The translations under genes and the position numbers were made by a program. 64,000 bases of DNA from Thermoanaerobaculia bacterium (GTDB lineage Bacteria; Acidobacteriota; Thermoanaerobaculia; Multivoradales; Multivoraceae): NCBI GenBank assembly GCA_963664405.1, contig OY761158.1:512001-576000 (forward strand), read 5' to 3'. Position 1 is the first letter of the stretch; each line of letters begins with the position of its first letter. Positions 20,983 to 31,351 of this stretch are shown here, one piece after another. Below the pieces are notes generated by a model that was given only the letters and a program-made list of their open reading frames with translations, was not told the DNA's origin and ran no database searches.

Positions 20983-21118
20983 CAGCAATGGCGGTGCCGT
21001 CCTCGGCGCCTGGCATCTGAGCGGAGGAAAGCAGCGATCACCTCCTCCAGGCAAGTGTACTGCGAGGTCACAGTTTTCGGTCGGATAGGATTGGCTTTTA
21101 GCTGGGAGGGAGAGAGAC

Positions 21119-21877
21119 ATGCCGCTAGAAGGAAGAGTCGCACTGGTGACTGGAGGCGGTCGGGGAATCGGCCGGGCAATCTCGCTGGCCTTGGCGGAGG
21201 ACGGGGCTGACGTCGCGGTCAACTACCGAAGAGACCTCGAAGCCGCCGAAGAGACAGTCGCTGCGATCGAGTCCATGGGCCGTCGCGCCAGAGCTTTCTG
21301 TGCCTCGATTGACGATTTCGAAGCCGACGCCACCATGGTCTCCGCGATTTCCGCAGAGCTCGGCGATGTCGATCTGCTGGTCAACAACGCCGGAATAGCC
21401 AGCCGCGGCAACACGGTCGAGGATACCGATCCCGCGGAGTTGGAGCGGGTGATGCGGGTCCATGCCCTCGCCCCACACTTTCTGGCAAAACTGACCATTC
21501 CGGCCATGAAGCAAAAGAAGCGTGGCGACATCATCATGATCTCGAGCGCCGCCACGATCGGATTCGGAGCTAAAGGAGGCCCTTACAACATGGGGAAAGC
21601 CGCCATGGAGGCCCTCGCCTGGACTCTGGCCAAAGAGCTGAGGGACAACGATGTACGAGTGAATGTCGTCGCCCCGGGACTGGTCGAGACCGAGATGGGA
21701 CGCCGCCTCATGCGAGCGCGGAGCGGAGTAGAGGATCTGCGCGAGCTCGACGCGAGCATGCCCTTCGGCAGGGTCTGCCAGCCGGAAGACGTTGCGAACG
21801 TCGTTCGATTCCTGGTATCGGACGGCGGGTCCTACGTCTCAGGGCAGAGGGTCTACGTACACGGCGGCGGACACTAG
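21119..21877 (+). CDS. Short-chain dehydrogenase/reductase
   Basis: TGGGRGIG, NNAG and YNMGK motifs. Confidence 0.9.
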   Translation: MPLEGRVALVTGGGRGIGRAISLALAEDGADVAVNYRRDLEAAEETVAAIESMGRRARAFCASIDDFEADATMVSAISAELGDVDLLVNNAGIASRGNTVEDTDPAELERVMRVHALAPHFLAKLTIPAMKQKKRGDIIMISSAATIGFGAKGGPYNMGKAAMEALAWTLAKELRDNDVRVNVVAPGLVETEMGRRLMRARSGVEDLRELDASMPFGRVCQPEDVANVVRFLVSDGGSYVSGQRVYVHGGGH

Positions 21878-22923
21878 CGCGGACGCTCGCTGTCGGGCTC
21901 TCGGCTTACCTTCTTCCACTGCCGGCTCTCTTCTTGCTGAGCCTTTTCTACTCGTCGCGCACCGAGCGCCGCCAACTCCTTTTTGAGCCCTCGGAAGTTC
22001 GTCAGTCTCTCGCTGCCCAAACGCCCTTCCTCGACCGCCAGCAACACTGCGCAGCCGGGCTCACGCTCATGACTGCAGTCTCGAAAGCGACAGTCACGGG
22101 CCAACGCCTCGAGCTCTGCGAAGGTATCGTCATCTCCGCTTTCGACAGTCCAAAGTTGCACCTCTCGAATCCCGGGGTTGTCGACCAACAGAGCGCCGCC
22201 AGGCAGCAAGAGGAGTCGGCGGTGGCTGGTGGTGTGCTGGCCTCGATCATCGCGCGCCCGCACAGATCCGGTCTCCATCACCTCAGCACCGCTCAACGCG
22301 TTTACCAAGGTCGACTTCCCGACTCCGGACGATCCGAGCAGCGCGACGGTACGACCCGGTTGCAGCCATGTCGACAGCGCCTCGATCCCGGTTCCCCGCT
22401 CCAGACTGGTCACCACTATCGCAACTCCAGGGGCGATTTTCTCAGTTTCCTTCACCCTCTCGGCGACGTTTTCGCACATATCGGCCTTATTGAGCACGAC
22501 GACCGGCTCGGCTCCGCTCTCCCACACCACAACCAGGAACCGCTCGAGGCGACGCAAGTTGAAGTCGCTATCCAACCCCATCATCACGAACACCGAGTCG
22601 ACGTTCGCCGTGACCACCTGCTCCTCGGATCGGGCACCGGCGACCTTTCGAGAGATCTTTGTGCGCCTGGGTAGCACGGCCTCGATGTGGCCGCGGTCAC
22701 GGCTCCCCTCGGGAGCGACAACCGCGACCCAATCGCCGATCGCCGGTGGCCCCGTTGGAGATCGGTGGAGTTTGCGCTTTGCGACCGCGCTGACCTCGCC
22801 GTCACGACACCACAGGACGAAGGCACCGCGCTGTTGCAGACAGACCCGCCCCGGAACCCAACCGCGATCCGCGTAGGGAGCAAACTCCTCCGCCCAGCCC
22901 TCGTCCCAACCGTAGCGTTTCAT
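21874..22923 (-). CDS. rsgA: Ribosome small subunit-dependent GTPase A
   Basis: Circularly permuted GTPase (NKAD, GSSGVGKST, DNPG); C-terminal CRFRDCSHEREPGC zinc site. Confidence 0.93.
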   Translation of the reverse strand: MKRYGWDEGWAEEFAPYADRGWVPGRVCLQQRGAFVLWCRDGEVSAVAKRKLHRSPTGPPAIGDWVAVVAPEGSRDRGHIEAVLPRRTKISRKVAGARSEEQVVTANVDSVFVMMGLDSDFNLRRLERFLVVVWESGAEPVVVLNKADMCENVAERVKETEKIAPGVAIVVTSLERGTGIEALSTWLQPGRTVALLGSSGVGKSTLVNALSGAEVMETGSVRARDDRGQHTTSHRRLLLLPGGALLVDNPGIREVQLWTVESGDDDTFAELEALARDCRFRDCSHEREPGCAVLLAVEEGRLGSERLTNFRGLKKELAALGARRVEKAQQEESRQWKKVSREPDSERPR

Positions 22924-22928
22924 CTAGG

Positions 22929-24365
22929 TTAGCGGCATAGAGTCGCCCACTCGCGAAAGCGAGCCTCCGCACCGTTGGTGAACTCGGGCGTGAGCAAGGC
23001 TCGTCCAGAGACTTCGAGGGGTGGCGTGAACCGCAGCTCTCGTTCCTCTTCCGGGTGGAAGCTCGAGATCACTCGCCGATGGCAGCGAACGCAGGCGCCG
23101 CGCAAAGTCGTCACCGGAGCCACCATCTGCGACGGCATTCCGTCGACAAAGCCGGTTCGCGACATCGCCGCCTCGTCGAGGTCGGTATAGACGAGCTCAT
23201 CCGAGTCGAAGTTCCGCTGGTAGCGAACCGACCTGAAGCGCACTCGGTCCTCTGCCTGCTCATGCTCATCAACGTCGAGACTGAGCTGCCCCTGAAACGA
23301 GACCTGCTGCCAGAACGCCACCTGATCGGTGGGCTGGACCTCGAAATCACGGCCGAGAACGTTGAAGTAAAGGATCAGCACAGATTCCACATCCGGCACC
23401 TCCAGCGCCAGCCTGCCCATGCGATCGTAGGAAGTGCCACCGGTGAGGTACTCCTTGACAGCCGCGCGTCCGTCGGGAGTCGAAGCTGAGAAGAACACCC
23501 TCACCGTAAAACGACCCAGGAGGAGTCGCGCGTGGGCCTCCGGCGGAGGCAGCATTTCGACAATCGAGCTGTCCTGCGCGGCGATGTCGCCGGCCAGCGT
23601 CGCGATCTCCTGAACGCCGGCCAGTTCAGGCAACTCGACGAGCGTGTCGGGAAGGGAGCCAATCTCGTCCGGTGAGTAGGCGGTATCTCGAAGTAGCGAC
23701 AGGGTCTCGCAGCGGAGACGCTCCAGAGCGCCCCCCGGCGTGCTCCCGGACGCATCTGCGACCGCATAAGCGAGCTCCCAGGCGGTGCTGTGGAACATGA
23801 GCCGCTCCTGCGCGGAAGCCTCTTCGAGGCGCCCTCGGATCTCCGTCAGCACCGTAACGAGAGCTTCCACCTTGGCCGGGGATCTGAGATCACCGGCCAA
23901 ACCCTGCGTAGCGCGAGTGACGACCCCATGAAGATCGGTTGGGAATGGAAGCATACAGGCACCGGTCCGGCCGTACCAGACGCGCACATCGCCTGAATCC
24001 CATGCGGTTTTTACCCCGCGCGCGCTGCACAGTGCCGGGCTCGCTGCGACAATGACCTCGCCACCCTGGATCAGCTCCATCAGACGGCGATGCAACGGAC
24101 TCAAAGGCGACGCCGGCACAGCTGTCGGCGCAAGCGCCAACAGCAATAGACCCACTAGACCAGCGTTTCCAAAGTTCGGGCTGCATAGCTCGAGCTCATT
24201 CTGTTCGCTGGCCAGGCGCGCCGACGCAGGCATATTGGGCAATATGTCGAGGAGGCGCAACGCCGCCAGCGGGCAGAAGGGGCCGAGATATGTGCGCGAA
24301 CTTTGGAAACGCTGGTCTAGGCTCTTAGAAGAGAGCAGTAGACGATGTTTTGGTGCCACCATCAC
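22929..24365 (-). CDS. Secreted hypothetical protein (C-terminal CxxCH) with an in-frame MITE in its signal peptide
   Basis: 478-aa ORF; CVRCH near the C-terminus; removing the MITE restores the signal [31 protein letters not shown]. Confidence 0.55.
   Translation of the reverse strand: MMVAPKHRLLLSSKSLDQRFQSSRTYLGPFCPLAALRLLDILPNMPASARLASEQNELELCSPNFGNAGLVGLLLLALAPTAVPASPLSPLHRRLMELIQGGEVIVAASPALCSARGVKTAWDSGDVRVWYGRTGACMLPFPTDLHGVVTRATQGLAGDLRSPAKVEALVTVLTEIRGRLEEASAQERLMFHSTAWELAYAVADASGSTPGGALERLRCETLSLLRDTAYSPDEIGSLPDTLVELPELAGVQEIATLAGDIAAQDSSIVEMLPPPEAHARLLLGRFTVRVFFSASTPDGRAAVKEYLTGGTSYDRMGRLALEVPDVESVLILYFNVLGRDFEVQPTDQVAFWQQVSFQGQLSLDVDEHEQAEDRVRFRSVRYQRNFDSDELVYTDLDEAAMSRTGFVDGMPSQMVAPVTTLRGACVRCHRRVISSFHPEEERELRFTPPLEVSGRALLTPEFTNGAEARFREWATLCR
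24159..24316. mobile_element. MITE-like element, copy 2 (158 bp)
   Basis: Same 20-bp TIR as copy 1; CTAG on both sides; 13 bp shorter internally. Confidence 0.85.
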
Positions 24366-24441
24366 GCCCGGCCTAAGATATCATCTGCCGCCTCAGGCAC
24401 TGGCCTCGGTAACGCCTCTGTCGACCCTTAGGAGACACCTC

Positions 24442-25569
24442 ATGGGACCCCTCGAAGGAATCAAAGTCATCGAGATCGCCGGTATCGGCCCAGGCCCCTT
24501 CTGCGCCATGATGCTTTCCGACATGGGCGCCGAAGTCGTGCGCATCGACCGCCGCAGCTCGCTAGGTCAGGGCACCAAATTCGACGTGCTCAACCGCGGC
24601 CGTCAGTCGCTCGCCCTAGACCTCAAGAAGCCCGAAGCTATAGAGGTGGTGCTTCGCATGGTCGAGAGCGCCGACGCCTTGACCGAGGGCTTTCGGCCAG
24701 GCGTCACCGAGCGTCTCGGCATCGGTCCGGAAGCCTGCCACGCCCGCAACCCGCGACTAGTGTACGGAAGGATGACCGGCTGGGGACAGGAAGGACCGCT
24801 CTCCCAGGCGGCCGGCCACGACATCAATTACATAGCTCTGAGTGGCGTACTCCACTCGATCGGCCGCAAAGGTGAGAATCCGGTGCCCCCCTTAAACTTG
24901 GTGGGCGACTTCGGTGGCGGCGGCATGTATCTGGCGTTCGGCATCGTCAGCGCACTCCTGGTGGCTCAGCGCACAGGCAAGGGTCAGGTCGTCGACGCAG
25001 CGATGACCGACGGCTCCGCTTCACTGATGGCTTCCGTTTACGGAATGGCGTCTCGAGGCTTCTGGCTCAACCAGCGCGCCAGCAACATGTTGGATAGCGG
25101 CGCTCACCACTACGACACATACGAGTGCTCCGATGGCAAATGGATTTCGTTGGGCTCGCTGGAGCCGCAGTTCTATGCCTTACTCCGAGAGAAGGCCGGA
25201 CTGGACGACAGCGCCTTCGACGCGCAAATGGATCGCGACGCCTGGCCTCACCTCAAGGAAAAGCTCGCCAAGGTGATCAGGGCCAAGACTCGAGACGAAT
25301 GGTGCGAGATCATGGAGGGGAGTGATGTGTGCTTCGCCCCTGTTCTCGATCTAGAGGAAGCTCCGGCCCACCCTCATAATAGCGGCCGAGAAACCTTCGT
25401 CGAGCTCGACGGAGTCACTCAGCCCAACGCGGCGCCTCGCTTCAGCGAAACACCAGGCGCAATCCAGGGCCCCCCGCCCAAGGCCGGGGAGCACAGCAGC
25501 GAGGTGCTCGACCGCTGGGGCTTCTCGACCGACGAGATCGCGGCACTCGAGAAGTGCGAAGCGGTGTAG
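24442..25569 (+). CDS. CaiB/BaiF CoA-transferase (alpha-methylacyl-CoA racemase-like)
   Basis: GIGPGPF, EGFRPGV, GHDINY and GDFGGG motifs; RBS AGGAG before ATG 24442. Confidence 0.92.
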   Translation: MGPLEGIKVIEIAGIGPGPFCAMMLSDMGAEVVRIDRRSSLGQGTKFDVLNRGRQSLALDLKKPEAIEVVLRMVESADALTEGFRPGVTERLGIGPEACHARNPRLVYGRMTGWGQEGPLSQAAGHDINYIALSGVLHSIGRKGENPVPPLNLVGDFGGGGMYLAFGIVSALLVAQRTGKGQVVDAAMTDGSASLMASVYGMASRGFWLNQRASNMLDSGAHHYDTYECSDGKWISLGSLEPQFYALLREKAGLDDSAFDAQMDRDAWPHLKEKLAKVIRAKTRDEWCEIMEGSDVCFAPVLDLEEAPAHPHNSGRETFVELDGVTQPNAAPRFSETPGAIQGPPPKAGEHSSEVLDRWGFSTDEIAALEKCEAV

Positions 25570-25834
25570 GCGCGTGAGCGCGAGCCCGGCTGCCGGTCTC
25601 ACAGGCCCGCGCCATCTACAAGCTGGGTTAACGCCTGCTATTTGAGATCGTAAGGCTCCTTGAGAGTGATCAGGGTAGTTGATGGGATTCGCCTCTGTTC
25701 TAGTCACGGTAGTCGAGGGAAGAGCGTACTGGTCCCTCGGATAGCGTGATCAAAGCGGGCAAAAGAGCCGGCATCATCCGCGGCCACCGGGCGCGCCGTT
25801 GTTGTGGGGGGGGGAGTGAGGTGCCCTCCGGGGG

Positions 25835-26473
25835 TTGACGTCCCCTCGGAGGGCGTGTCTTCTTTCGTTGAATTTAAAAACGAAAGGACGAAAGGAGACA
25901 GCCCTCTTGTACCAGACCCTGCTTCAGGATGCCAGTTTCTACGATCTACTGCTGCGACTCGACGAGGATCTAGCGGAGAAGACTCGCGCCCTAGGCTGCG
26001 AATGCGGTGGGCGTTTGCACCAGGCTCACTATCCACGTAAGCCTCGCGGAGGGCCCGAGGAGCTGCGCAGAAGGACCTCGTTGCGGCTGAGCTATTGCTG
26101 CTCGGTGGAGGGGTGCCGTCGTCGTCAGACGCCTGCGTCCTTTCGTTTTCTGGGCCGGAAGGTGTACTTCAGCGTGTTGGTACTTCTGGTCCCAGTGCTG
26201 CGGGAAGGGGCCAAGGGAGAGCGGCTGCATCGTCTACAGGAATTGTTTCAGGTGAGCGCACGTACGGTGCGCCGATGGCAGAGATGGTGGCGAGAGGACT
26301 TCGGTCTCAGCCCGGTCATGACTCGCTTTCAAGGCTTTCATGCCGAGCCGATCCAGCGGCAAGACTTGCCGGGCTCTCTGCTCCTAGTCTTTCGTCAATT
26401 GTCGCCGGCAGGCGAGAGGGTGCTGGCGGTGATTCGCGCCCTATTGGTCGGGCCCTCTGTGCTCGCTGTGTGA
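25835..26473 (+). CDS. Transposon accessory protein, Cys-rich with HTH-like C-terminal part (start uncertain)
   Basis: CECGGRLH...SYCCSVEGCRRR; VSARTVRRWQRWW. Confidence 0.65.
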   Translation: MTSPRRACLLSLNLKTKGRKETALLYQTLLQDASFYDLLLRLDEDLAEKTRALGCECGGRLHQAHYPRKPRGGPEELRRRTSLRLSYCCSVEGCRRRQTPASFRFLGRKVYFSVLVLLVPVLREGAKGERLHRLQELFQVSARTVRRWQRWWREDFGLSPVMTRFQGFHAEPIQRQDLPGSLLLVFRQLSPAGERVLAVIRALLVGPSVLAV

Positions 26474-26549
26474 GGGTCGCCGGAAACCCGCAGAAGATGC
26501 GTCTCGACTCGCCGAGAAGCGGGCCTTAAGGTCTCTGTTCTCGCCGCCG

Positions 26550-28004
26550 ATGGAAGGAATCGGCGCCCAGGAGAGGGAGATGAGCCATCGAGCCTCGACG
26601 CAACAACGCTGGGCGCAGTTTCGCTTCAGTGTGGTGGGTGAGCTGTTGGCTGCGCCTCCCGCACCGGGACATCTGCAGGTGGAATTGTCTCGACTCTCCC
26701 AGAAGGCCTGGCGCCATCCGATCACGGAGAAGGCGGTGTACTTTGCCCGCTCGACGATTGAGCGTTGGTACTACACGGCCCTGGCCGGTCGCGATCCGAT
26801 CGGGGCGCTACAACGCCGATCGAGAAGCGACAGCGGCCAAGCGCGCGCCATCCCAACCCGGATCGCCGAGCTGATCCACACGCAATACAAGGCCCACCCG
26901 ACGTGGAGCTACCAGCTCCATTGGGACAATCTGGACGTGGTGCTAAAAGAGCGACCGGAGCCAGGGAAGGTGCCTTCCTACTCCACCCTGCGCCGCTTCA
27001 TGATCGCGCACGGTTGGCCCAAACAACGACGCACGAAGGGAAAGGATCGCAGCACTGCCTCCGGTGCCCCTGCGCGCGAGAAGCGCAGCTACGAAGCCGA
27101 GTACGTCAACGGGCTCTGGCACCTCGACTTCCACCACGGCTCGCGCAAGATCCCGAGCTCCGCAGGGACCTGGGAAGTACCGATGCTGCTGGCGATTCTC
27201 GACGATCACTCCCGGCTCACCTGCCATCTGCAGTGGTATCTGCACGAGACCGCCGAGTGTCTGATCCACGCTCTGATCCAAGCCTTCATCAAACGCGGAC
27301 TGTGCCGCTCACTGCTCACCGATAACGGCAGCGCCATGATCGCCGACGAGACCACCGAGGGGCTCCTACGCCTCTCCGTCGTCCATCGCACCACATTGCC
27401 CCGGAGCCCCTATCAAAACGGGAAACAAGAAAACTTCTTCTCTCGAGTCGAATCCCGCCTCCTCGCCATGCTCGAAGGACACGCGGATCTCAATCTGGCA
27501 TTGCTCAATGAGGCGACGCTGGCTTGGGTGGAGATGGAGTATCACCGCAGCGTCCATTCCGAGACCGGCCAGACGCCGCTCGACCGCTTTCTCGAGGGTC
27601 CCTCCGTCTCTCGGATCTGCCCCAGCCTGGACGAGCTGCGCTTCGCCTTCACCGCCGCTCGAAAGCGCACCCAGCGCCAAAGCGACGGCACCATCAGTCT
27701 TGACGGCACCCGTTTCGAGATCCCCTCTCGTTTCCATCATCTCAACCGGATCTCGGTGCGATACCAGAGCTGGGAGAAAAGCTCCGTCTTCATGGTCGAC
27801 GAAAGCTCCGACGTCCCACTCGAGCGCCTCTACCCCATCGACAAGGCAAGAAACGCTTCCGGCATCCGCCGCCCGATCCAACCCCAGAGCACCGACGAGC
27901 CGACAGGCCCGGAGCCTGGCATCGCACCCCTACTCCGCAAACACATGGCGGAGTACGCCGCCACCGGGCTCCCGCCCGCCTACCTCAAAAAGGAGACACC
28001 GTGA
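26550..28004 (+). CDS. DDE (rve/Mu-like) transposase
   Basis: WHLDF...DDHSR...TDNGS...NGKQE catalytic pattern; Mu-like C-terminal DGTISLDG. Confidence 0.88.
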   Translation: MEGIGAQEREMSHRASTQQRWAQFRFSVVGELLAAPPAPGHLQVELSRLSQKAWRHPITEKAVYFARSTIERWYYTALAGRDPIGALQRRSRSDSGQARAIPTRIAELIHTQYKAHPTWSYQLHWDNLDVVLKERPEPGKVPSYSTLRRFMIAHGWPKQRRTKGKDRSTASGAPAREKRSYEAEYVNGLWHLDFHHGSRKIPSSAGTWEVPMLLAILDDHSRLTCHLQWYLHETAECLIHALIQAFIKRGLCRSLLTDNGSAMIADETTEGLLRLSVVHRTTLPRSPYQNGKQENFFSRVESRLLAMLEGHADLNLALLNEATLAWVEMEYHRSVHSETGQTPLDRFLEGPSVSRICPSLDELRFAFTAARKRTQRQSDGTISLDGTRFEIPSRFHHLNRISVRYQSWEKSSVFMVDESSDVPLERLYPIDKARNASGIRRPIQPQSTDEPTGPEPGIAPLLRKHMAEYAATGLPPAYLKKETP

Positions 28005-28846
28005 ACAACCAGAAACTACTGGCACTCTTCGGACTCAAATGGAACCCCTTTACCCCCAACATCCCCGTCGAAGCGCTGTGGCGACACCCGCATCTCGACC
28101 ACTTCTGCTGGCGCCTGGAGACCCTCGTCCACGACGGTGGCTTCGCATTGATCTCCGGTGATCCCGGCACCGGCAAGTCGGTCGCTCTACGCACCCTCGC
28201 TCACCACCTTCAACACCTGCCCGACCTGCGCACCGGAGTCCTCACGCGGCCACAGAGCAGTCTCGCCGACTTTTACCGTGAGCTCGGACAGCTCTTCGGG
28301 GTCCCGCTCAATCCACACAACCGATGGGCCGGATTCAAAGCCCTCCGACAGACCTGGCTCTCCCATGTCGATGCCACCCATCAAAGACCCGTACTCTTGA
28401 TCGACGAAGCACAGGAGCTCGCCGCCAACGTGCTGGCCGAACTGCGCATCCTCGCCTCTGCGGACTTCGACTCACGCTCCATCCTCACCGTCGTCCTGTG
28501 CGGCGACTCCCGACTCACACAGCTCTTCCGACGAGACGATTTCCTACCCGTCGCCAGCCGCATCCGCGTACGCCTCCTCCTCCTCGACTACCTGCCCCCA
28601 GAGACGTTGGCCGAATGGCTCCAGCACTCCCTGACACAAGCCGGAAACCCCAGTCTCCTCGACCACGAGGTCATCACCACTCTCGCCGAGCACGCCGCCA
28701 GAAACCTCAGAGTACTCGCACACATGGCCAACGAGCTCCTCGCCATGGCCGCCAAAGAAGAGCTACCCAACATCGATCAGAAGCTCTACCTCGAGGTCTT
28801 CTCGCCACCTACCTCCCAGCGCTCTCCCAGGAAAGCCCGTGCCTGA
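28001..28846 (+). CDS. ExeA-like AAA ATPase (transposition helper)
   Basis: FGLKWNPF, Walker A GDPGTGKS, Walker B LIDEAQ; GTGA overlap with the transposase. Confidence 0.88.
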   Translation: MNNQKLLALFGLKWNPFTPNIPVEALWRHPHLDHFCWRLETLVHDGGFALISGDPGTGKSVALRTLAHHLQHLPDLRTGVLTRPQSSLADFYRELGQLFGVPLNPHNRWAGFKALRQTWLSHVDATHQRPVLLIDEAQELAANVLAELRILASADFDSRSILTVVLCGDSRLTQLFRRDDFLPVASRIRVRLLLLDYLPPETLAEWLQHSLTQAGNPSLLDHEVITTLAEHAARNLRVLAHMANELLAMAAKEELPNIDQKLYLEVFSPPTSQRSPRKARA

Positions 28847-29186
28847 CTCCCCATCCGCCCAGCAACAACGACGGCACCTCCAGAGCGTCCTCGAGCTCTA
28901 TCGACGACATCCCCAAACCACCGGACGAGTCAGAAACGCCGATCGCCGCCTCGCCGTACATCTCTATCGAAACGGCGTTACCCTCGACACCATCAACGCT
29001 GCCTTACTACTCGTCGCCGCCAGGAGATGCAACGAGGCACACACCACAACCCCCATCCAGAGTCTCCACTACTTCCTCCCCGTCATCCGAGAGATTCGCG
29101 ATAGACCCCTCGATAACGGCTACCTCCGGTACCTTGAAACTCTCATCCGCGACAGCAGCCAAGACCCAGACCATCATTTACTGTGA
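28839..29186 (+). CDS. Transposon terminal accessory protein (homologous to 44470-44807)
   Basis: Shared motifs LYR..P.T, AALLL..ARR, PI.SL.YFLP..RE and GYL.YL. Confidence 0.7.
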   Translation: MPDSPSAQQQRRHLQSVLELYRRHPQTTGRVRNADRRLAVHLYRNGVTLDTINAALLLVAARRCNEAHTTTPIQSLHYFLPVIREIRDRPLDNGYLRYLETLIRDSSQDPDHHLL

Positions 29187-29216
29187 TCAGCCCGCCATCG
29201 ATTACCGTGATCACTC

Positions 29217-29801
29217 TCACTCCTCGGCGGCGAGGAGCTCCGTGACCCGAATCACCCACTTCTTCTGTGGGCGACTCTTGGTTCCGTGGACGGTCTCTCC
29301 GTCGTAACGAGCTTGCATCGTGAAGAGATCTCGCATCGTCCGCTCATAGATCTTCGCGACCTTCGTATGCAGCTGATTTGCAAGCGCTGGTCCCCCTTCG
29401 CTCCCGCTGACCTCCGTGGCGTCGAGCTCTTTGATCAGAAGGCGAGCGTGGTACTCGCTAATGTCGAAGTGCAACTGTTCATGGGCGAGTGTCCGATCGT
29501 TTCGTCCGCCAGGCTGCGCCCCCGATTCGAGCTTGTTCATCAGGGCATAGACAACCGCGTTCCGGGGCCGAGCAACAAAGCCATCGCCCACCTGCTCAGT
29601 CTGGATCTTCAGCGGATCGAGCACCACTATCGAAGCGATCCACGCCACCCCCTGACCTCGGACTACGGGCCCCCTGAAATCGCTCCAACTCAGGGTCTTA
29701 TAGGTGCACTCGGCCTCATGGTCGATGCGCGTGGCCGCACCGCTCGACGCACTCACCCCAAGGGCGAGAGCAAGAGCGAGCAAAGTCGAGCACAGTCGCA
29801 T
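29217..29801 (-). CDS. Secreted DUF922-like predicted Zn-metalloprotease; last 5 codons displaced by the transposon
   Basis: Signal peptide, LSWSDFRG, HEQLHFDI (HExxH), YDGETVHG; the stop is supplied by the transposon end. Confidence 0.7.
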   Translation of the reverse strand: MRLCSTLLALALALGVSASSGAATRIDHEAECTYKTLSWSDFRGPVVRGQGVAWIASIVVLDPLKIQTEQVGDGFVARPRNAVVYALMNKLESGAQPGGRNDRTLAHEQLHFDISEYHARLLIKELDATEVSGSEGGPALANQLHTKVAKIYERTMRDLFTMQARYDGETVHGTKSRPQKKWVIRVTELLAAEE

Positions 29802-29865
29802 AACTACATACCTCTACGAAGATTGTAGACTTCTGGCCTTGCCTGCGAAATCTCTCGAAGCACCC

Positions 29866-30663
29866 GTGTCGCGTCGACTTCGAGTCATCTCCTGGAACGT
29901 CAACGGCCTCAGGGCCTGTGGTCGCAAGGGCTTCCTGCCCTGGCTCGCCAGCAGCCACGCACAGATCGTCGGTCTCCAGGAAGTGCGGGCTCTGCCCGAG
30001 CAGCTCACCCCTGAGATTCGCCGTCCGCGACGCTGGAAGACCAGCTTCAGCCCGGCGGAGAGACGCGGCTACAGTGGCGTAGGTCTCTTCAGCCGGACAG
30101 TGCCGGACGGCGTGCGCACAACTCTGGGCGAAGACCGTTTCGATCGCGAGGGCCGACTCCAGATCGCCCGTTTCGGACGTTTGGTTGTCGCCAACATCTA
30201 CTTTCCAAAGGGCAGCGGCACCCTGCGCGACAACAGCAGAGTGCCTTTCAAGCTTGACTTCTACCGCGCCCTCTTCGACCTTCTGGAGCGTTACAGGACC
30301 TCGGGCTACCGTGTTCTCGCAATGGGCGACTTCAACACCGCCCACAACGAGATCGATCTACGAAACCCCGGCCCCAACAAGAAGAACAGTGGCTTCCTGC
30401 CGGAAGAGCGGGCAGAGCTCGATCGCTGGGTGAAGGCCGGCTGGGTCGACACCTTCCGCACTTTCGAGGCCGGCCCGGGGCACTACAGTTGGTGGAGCCA
30501 GCGAATTGGCGCTCGCGACCGCAACGTCGGCTGGCGCATCGATTTCGTGCTGGCGTCGCCGGCCGCTGCGCGCCACCTTCGAGCAGCTTTTATCTGGCCT
30601 CACGTCACCGGGTCGGATCACTGCCCGGTGGGAGTAGACCTCGACCCTCAGATCGTCGAATGA
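29866..30663 (+). CDS. xth: Exodeoxyribonuclease III / AP endonuclease
   Basis: SWNVNGLRA, LQE, GDFN, GWRID and SDHCP motifs. Confidence 0.92.
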   Translation: MSRRLRVISWNVNGLRACGRKGFLPWLASSHAQIVGLQEVRALPEQLTPEIRRPRRWKTSFSPAERRGYSGVGLFSRTVPDGVRTTLGEDRFDREGRLQIARFGRLVVANIYFPKGSGTLRDNSRVPFKLDFYRALFDLLERYRTSGYRVLAMGDFNTAHNEIDLRNPGPNKKNSGFLPEERAELDRWVKAGWVDTFRTFEAGPGHYSWWSQRIGARDRNVGWRIDFVLASPAAARHLRAAFIWPHVTGSDHCPVGVDLDPQIVE

Positions 30664-30712
30664 TCCTTCCCCGCAAGCGGTCTCCATTCTTCGCCTCCAC
30701 TAGAATAGGACC

Positions 30713-31195
30713 GTGAGCCTGCCGCGGGCCAAGCAACCGCCGGAAGTGCAATCGAGCGCTCCGGCCCGAGATTTGCCGATCGGATGCGATCTCGTGCTTT
30801 ACGACGGGGTGTGCGCACTGTGCAATGGCACCGTGCGCTTTCTTCTAGCTAGAGATCAGGCGCGTCGTTTCCGCTACGCTCCGCTCCAGAGCGACTTTGC
30901 GCGTGAAGTGCTGGCTCGCCACCACCGGGACTCAACCGCCCTCGACACGATGTTTCTGGTCCAAAGCTACGGCGGCCCGGACGAGAGAGTGCTCCAAAAG
31001 TCGCAGGCCGTACTCGCGCTTGGCCGTCTACTGGGGCCACCCTGGAGCGCGGCGCGCGTCTTCGGCATCCTCCCCAGAGCCCTGCTCGACTTCAACTACG
31101 ACCTTGTCGCACGGCTCCGTTATCGACTGTTCGGGCGCTACGAGACCTGCCCACTGCCCAAACCAGAGCACCGTGCTCTCTTCATCGACAGCTGA
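30713..31195 (+). CDS. DCC1-like thiol-disulfide oxidoreductase (DUF393)
   Basis: YDGVCALC and RYRLFG motifs. Confidence 0.85.
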   Translation: MSLPRAKQPPEVQSSAPARDLPIGCDLVLYDGVCALCNGTVRFLLARDQARRFRYAPLQSDFAREVLARHHRDSTALDTMFLVQSYGGPDERVLQKSQAVLALGRLLGPPWSAARVFGILPRALLDFNYDLVARLRYRLFGRYETCPLPKPEHRALFIDS

Positions 31196-31351
31196 GCGAC
31201 CAACATGAGAAAGACCTACCCATCTTCGCCACGGAGCTCCTGCTGCGGGCCTAGGCGAGAAAATATCGGGCCGTCGAGAACGCCAGCGCCATCGACCGTA
31301 TCCTCGAAGCAACGGACGGTCTGACAGAGACCGCCACCCGATGGCGGCGCT

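Larger units (their letters stand above)
25661..29219 (+). mobile_element. Four-gene transposon (DDE transposase + ExeA-like AAA ATPase), 3559 bp
   Basis: TG...CA ends with IR TGAGAGTGATCAsGGTArTyGATGG; a second internal copy of the motif at each end; 5-bp TSD CTCCT at 25656-25660 and 29220-29224. Confidence 0.9.

Noticed and set aside
24052-24441. 130-aa N-terminal extension of the CoA-transferase
   Set aside because: It is read-through across the MITE and the opposite gene; a strong RBS supports ATG 24442
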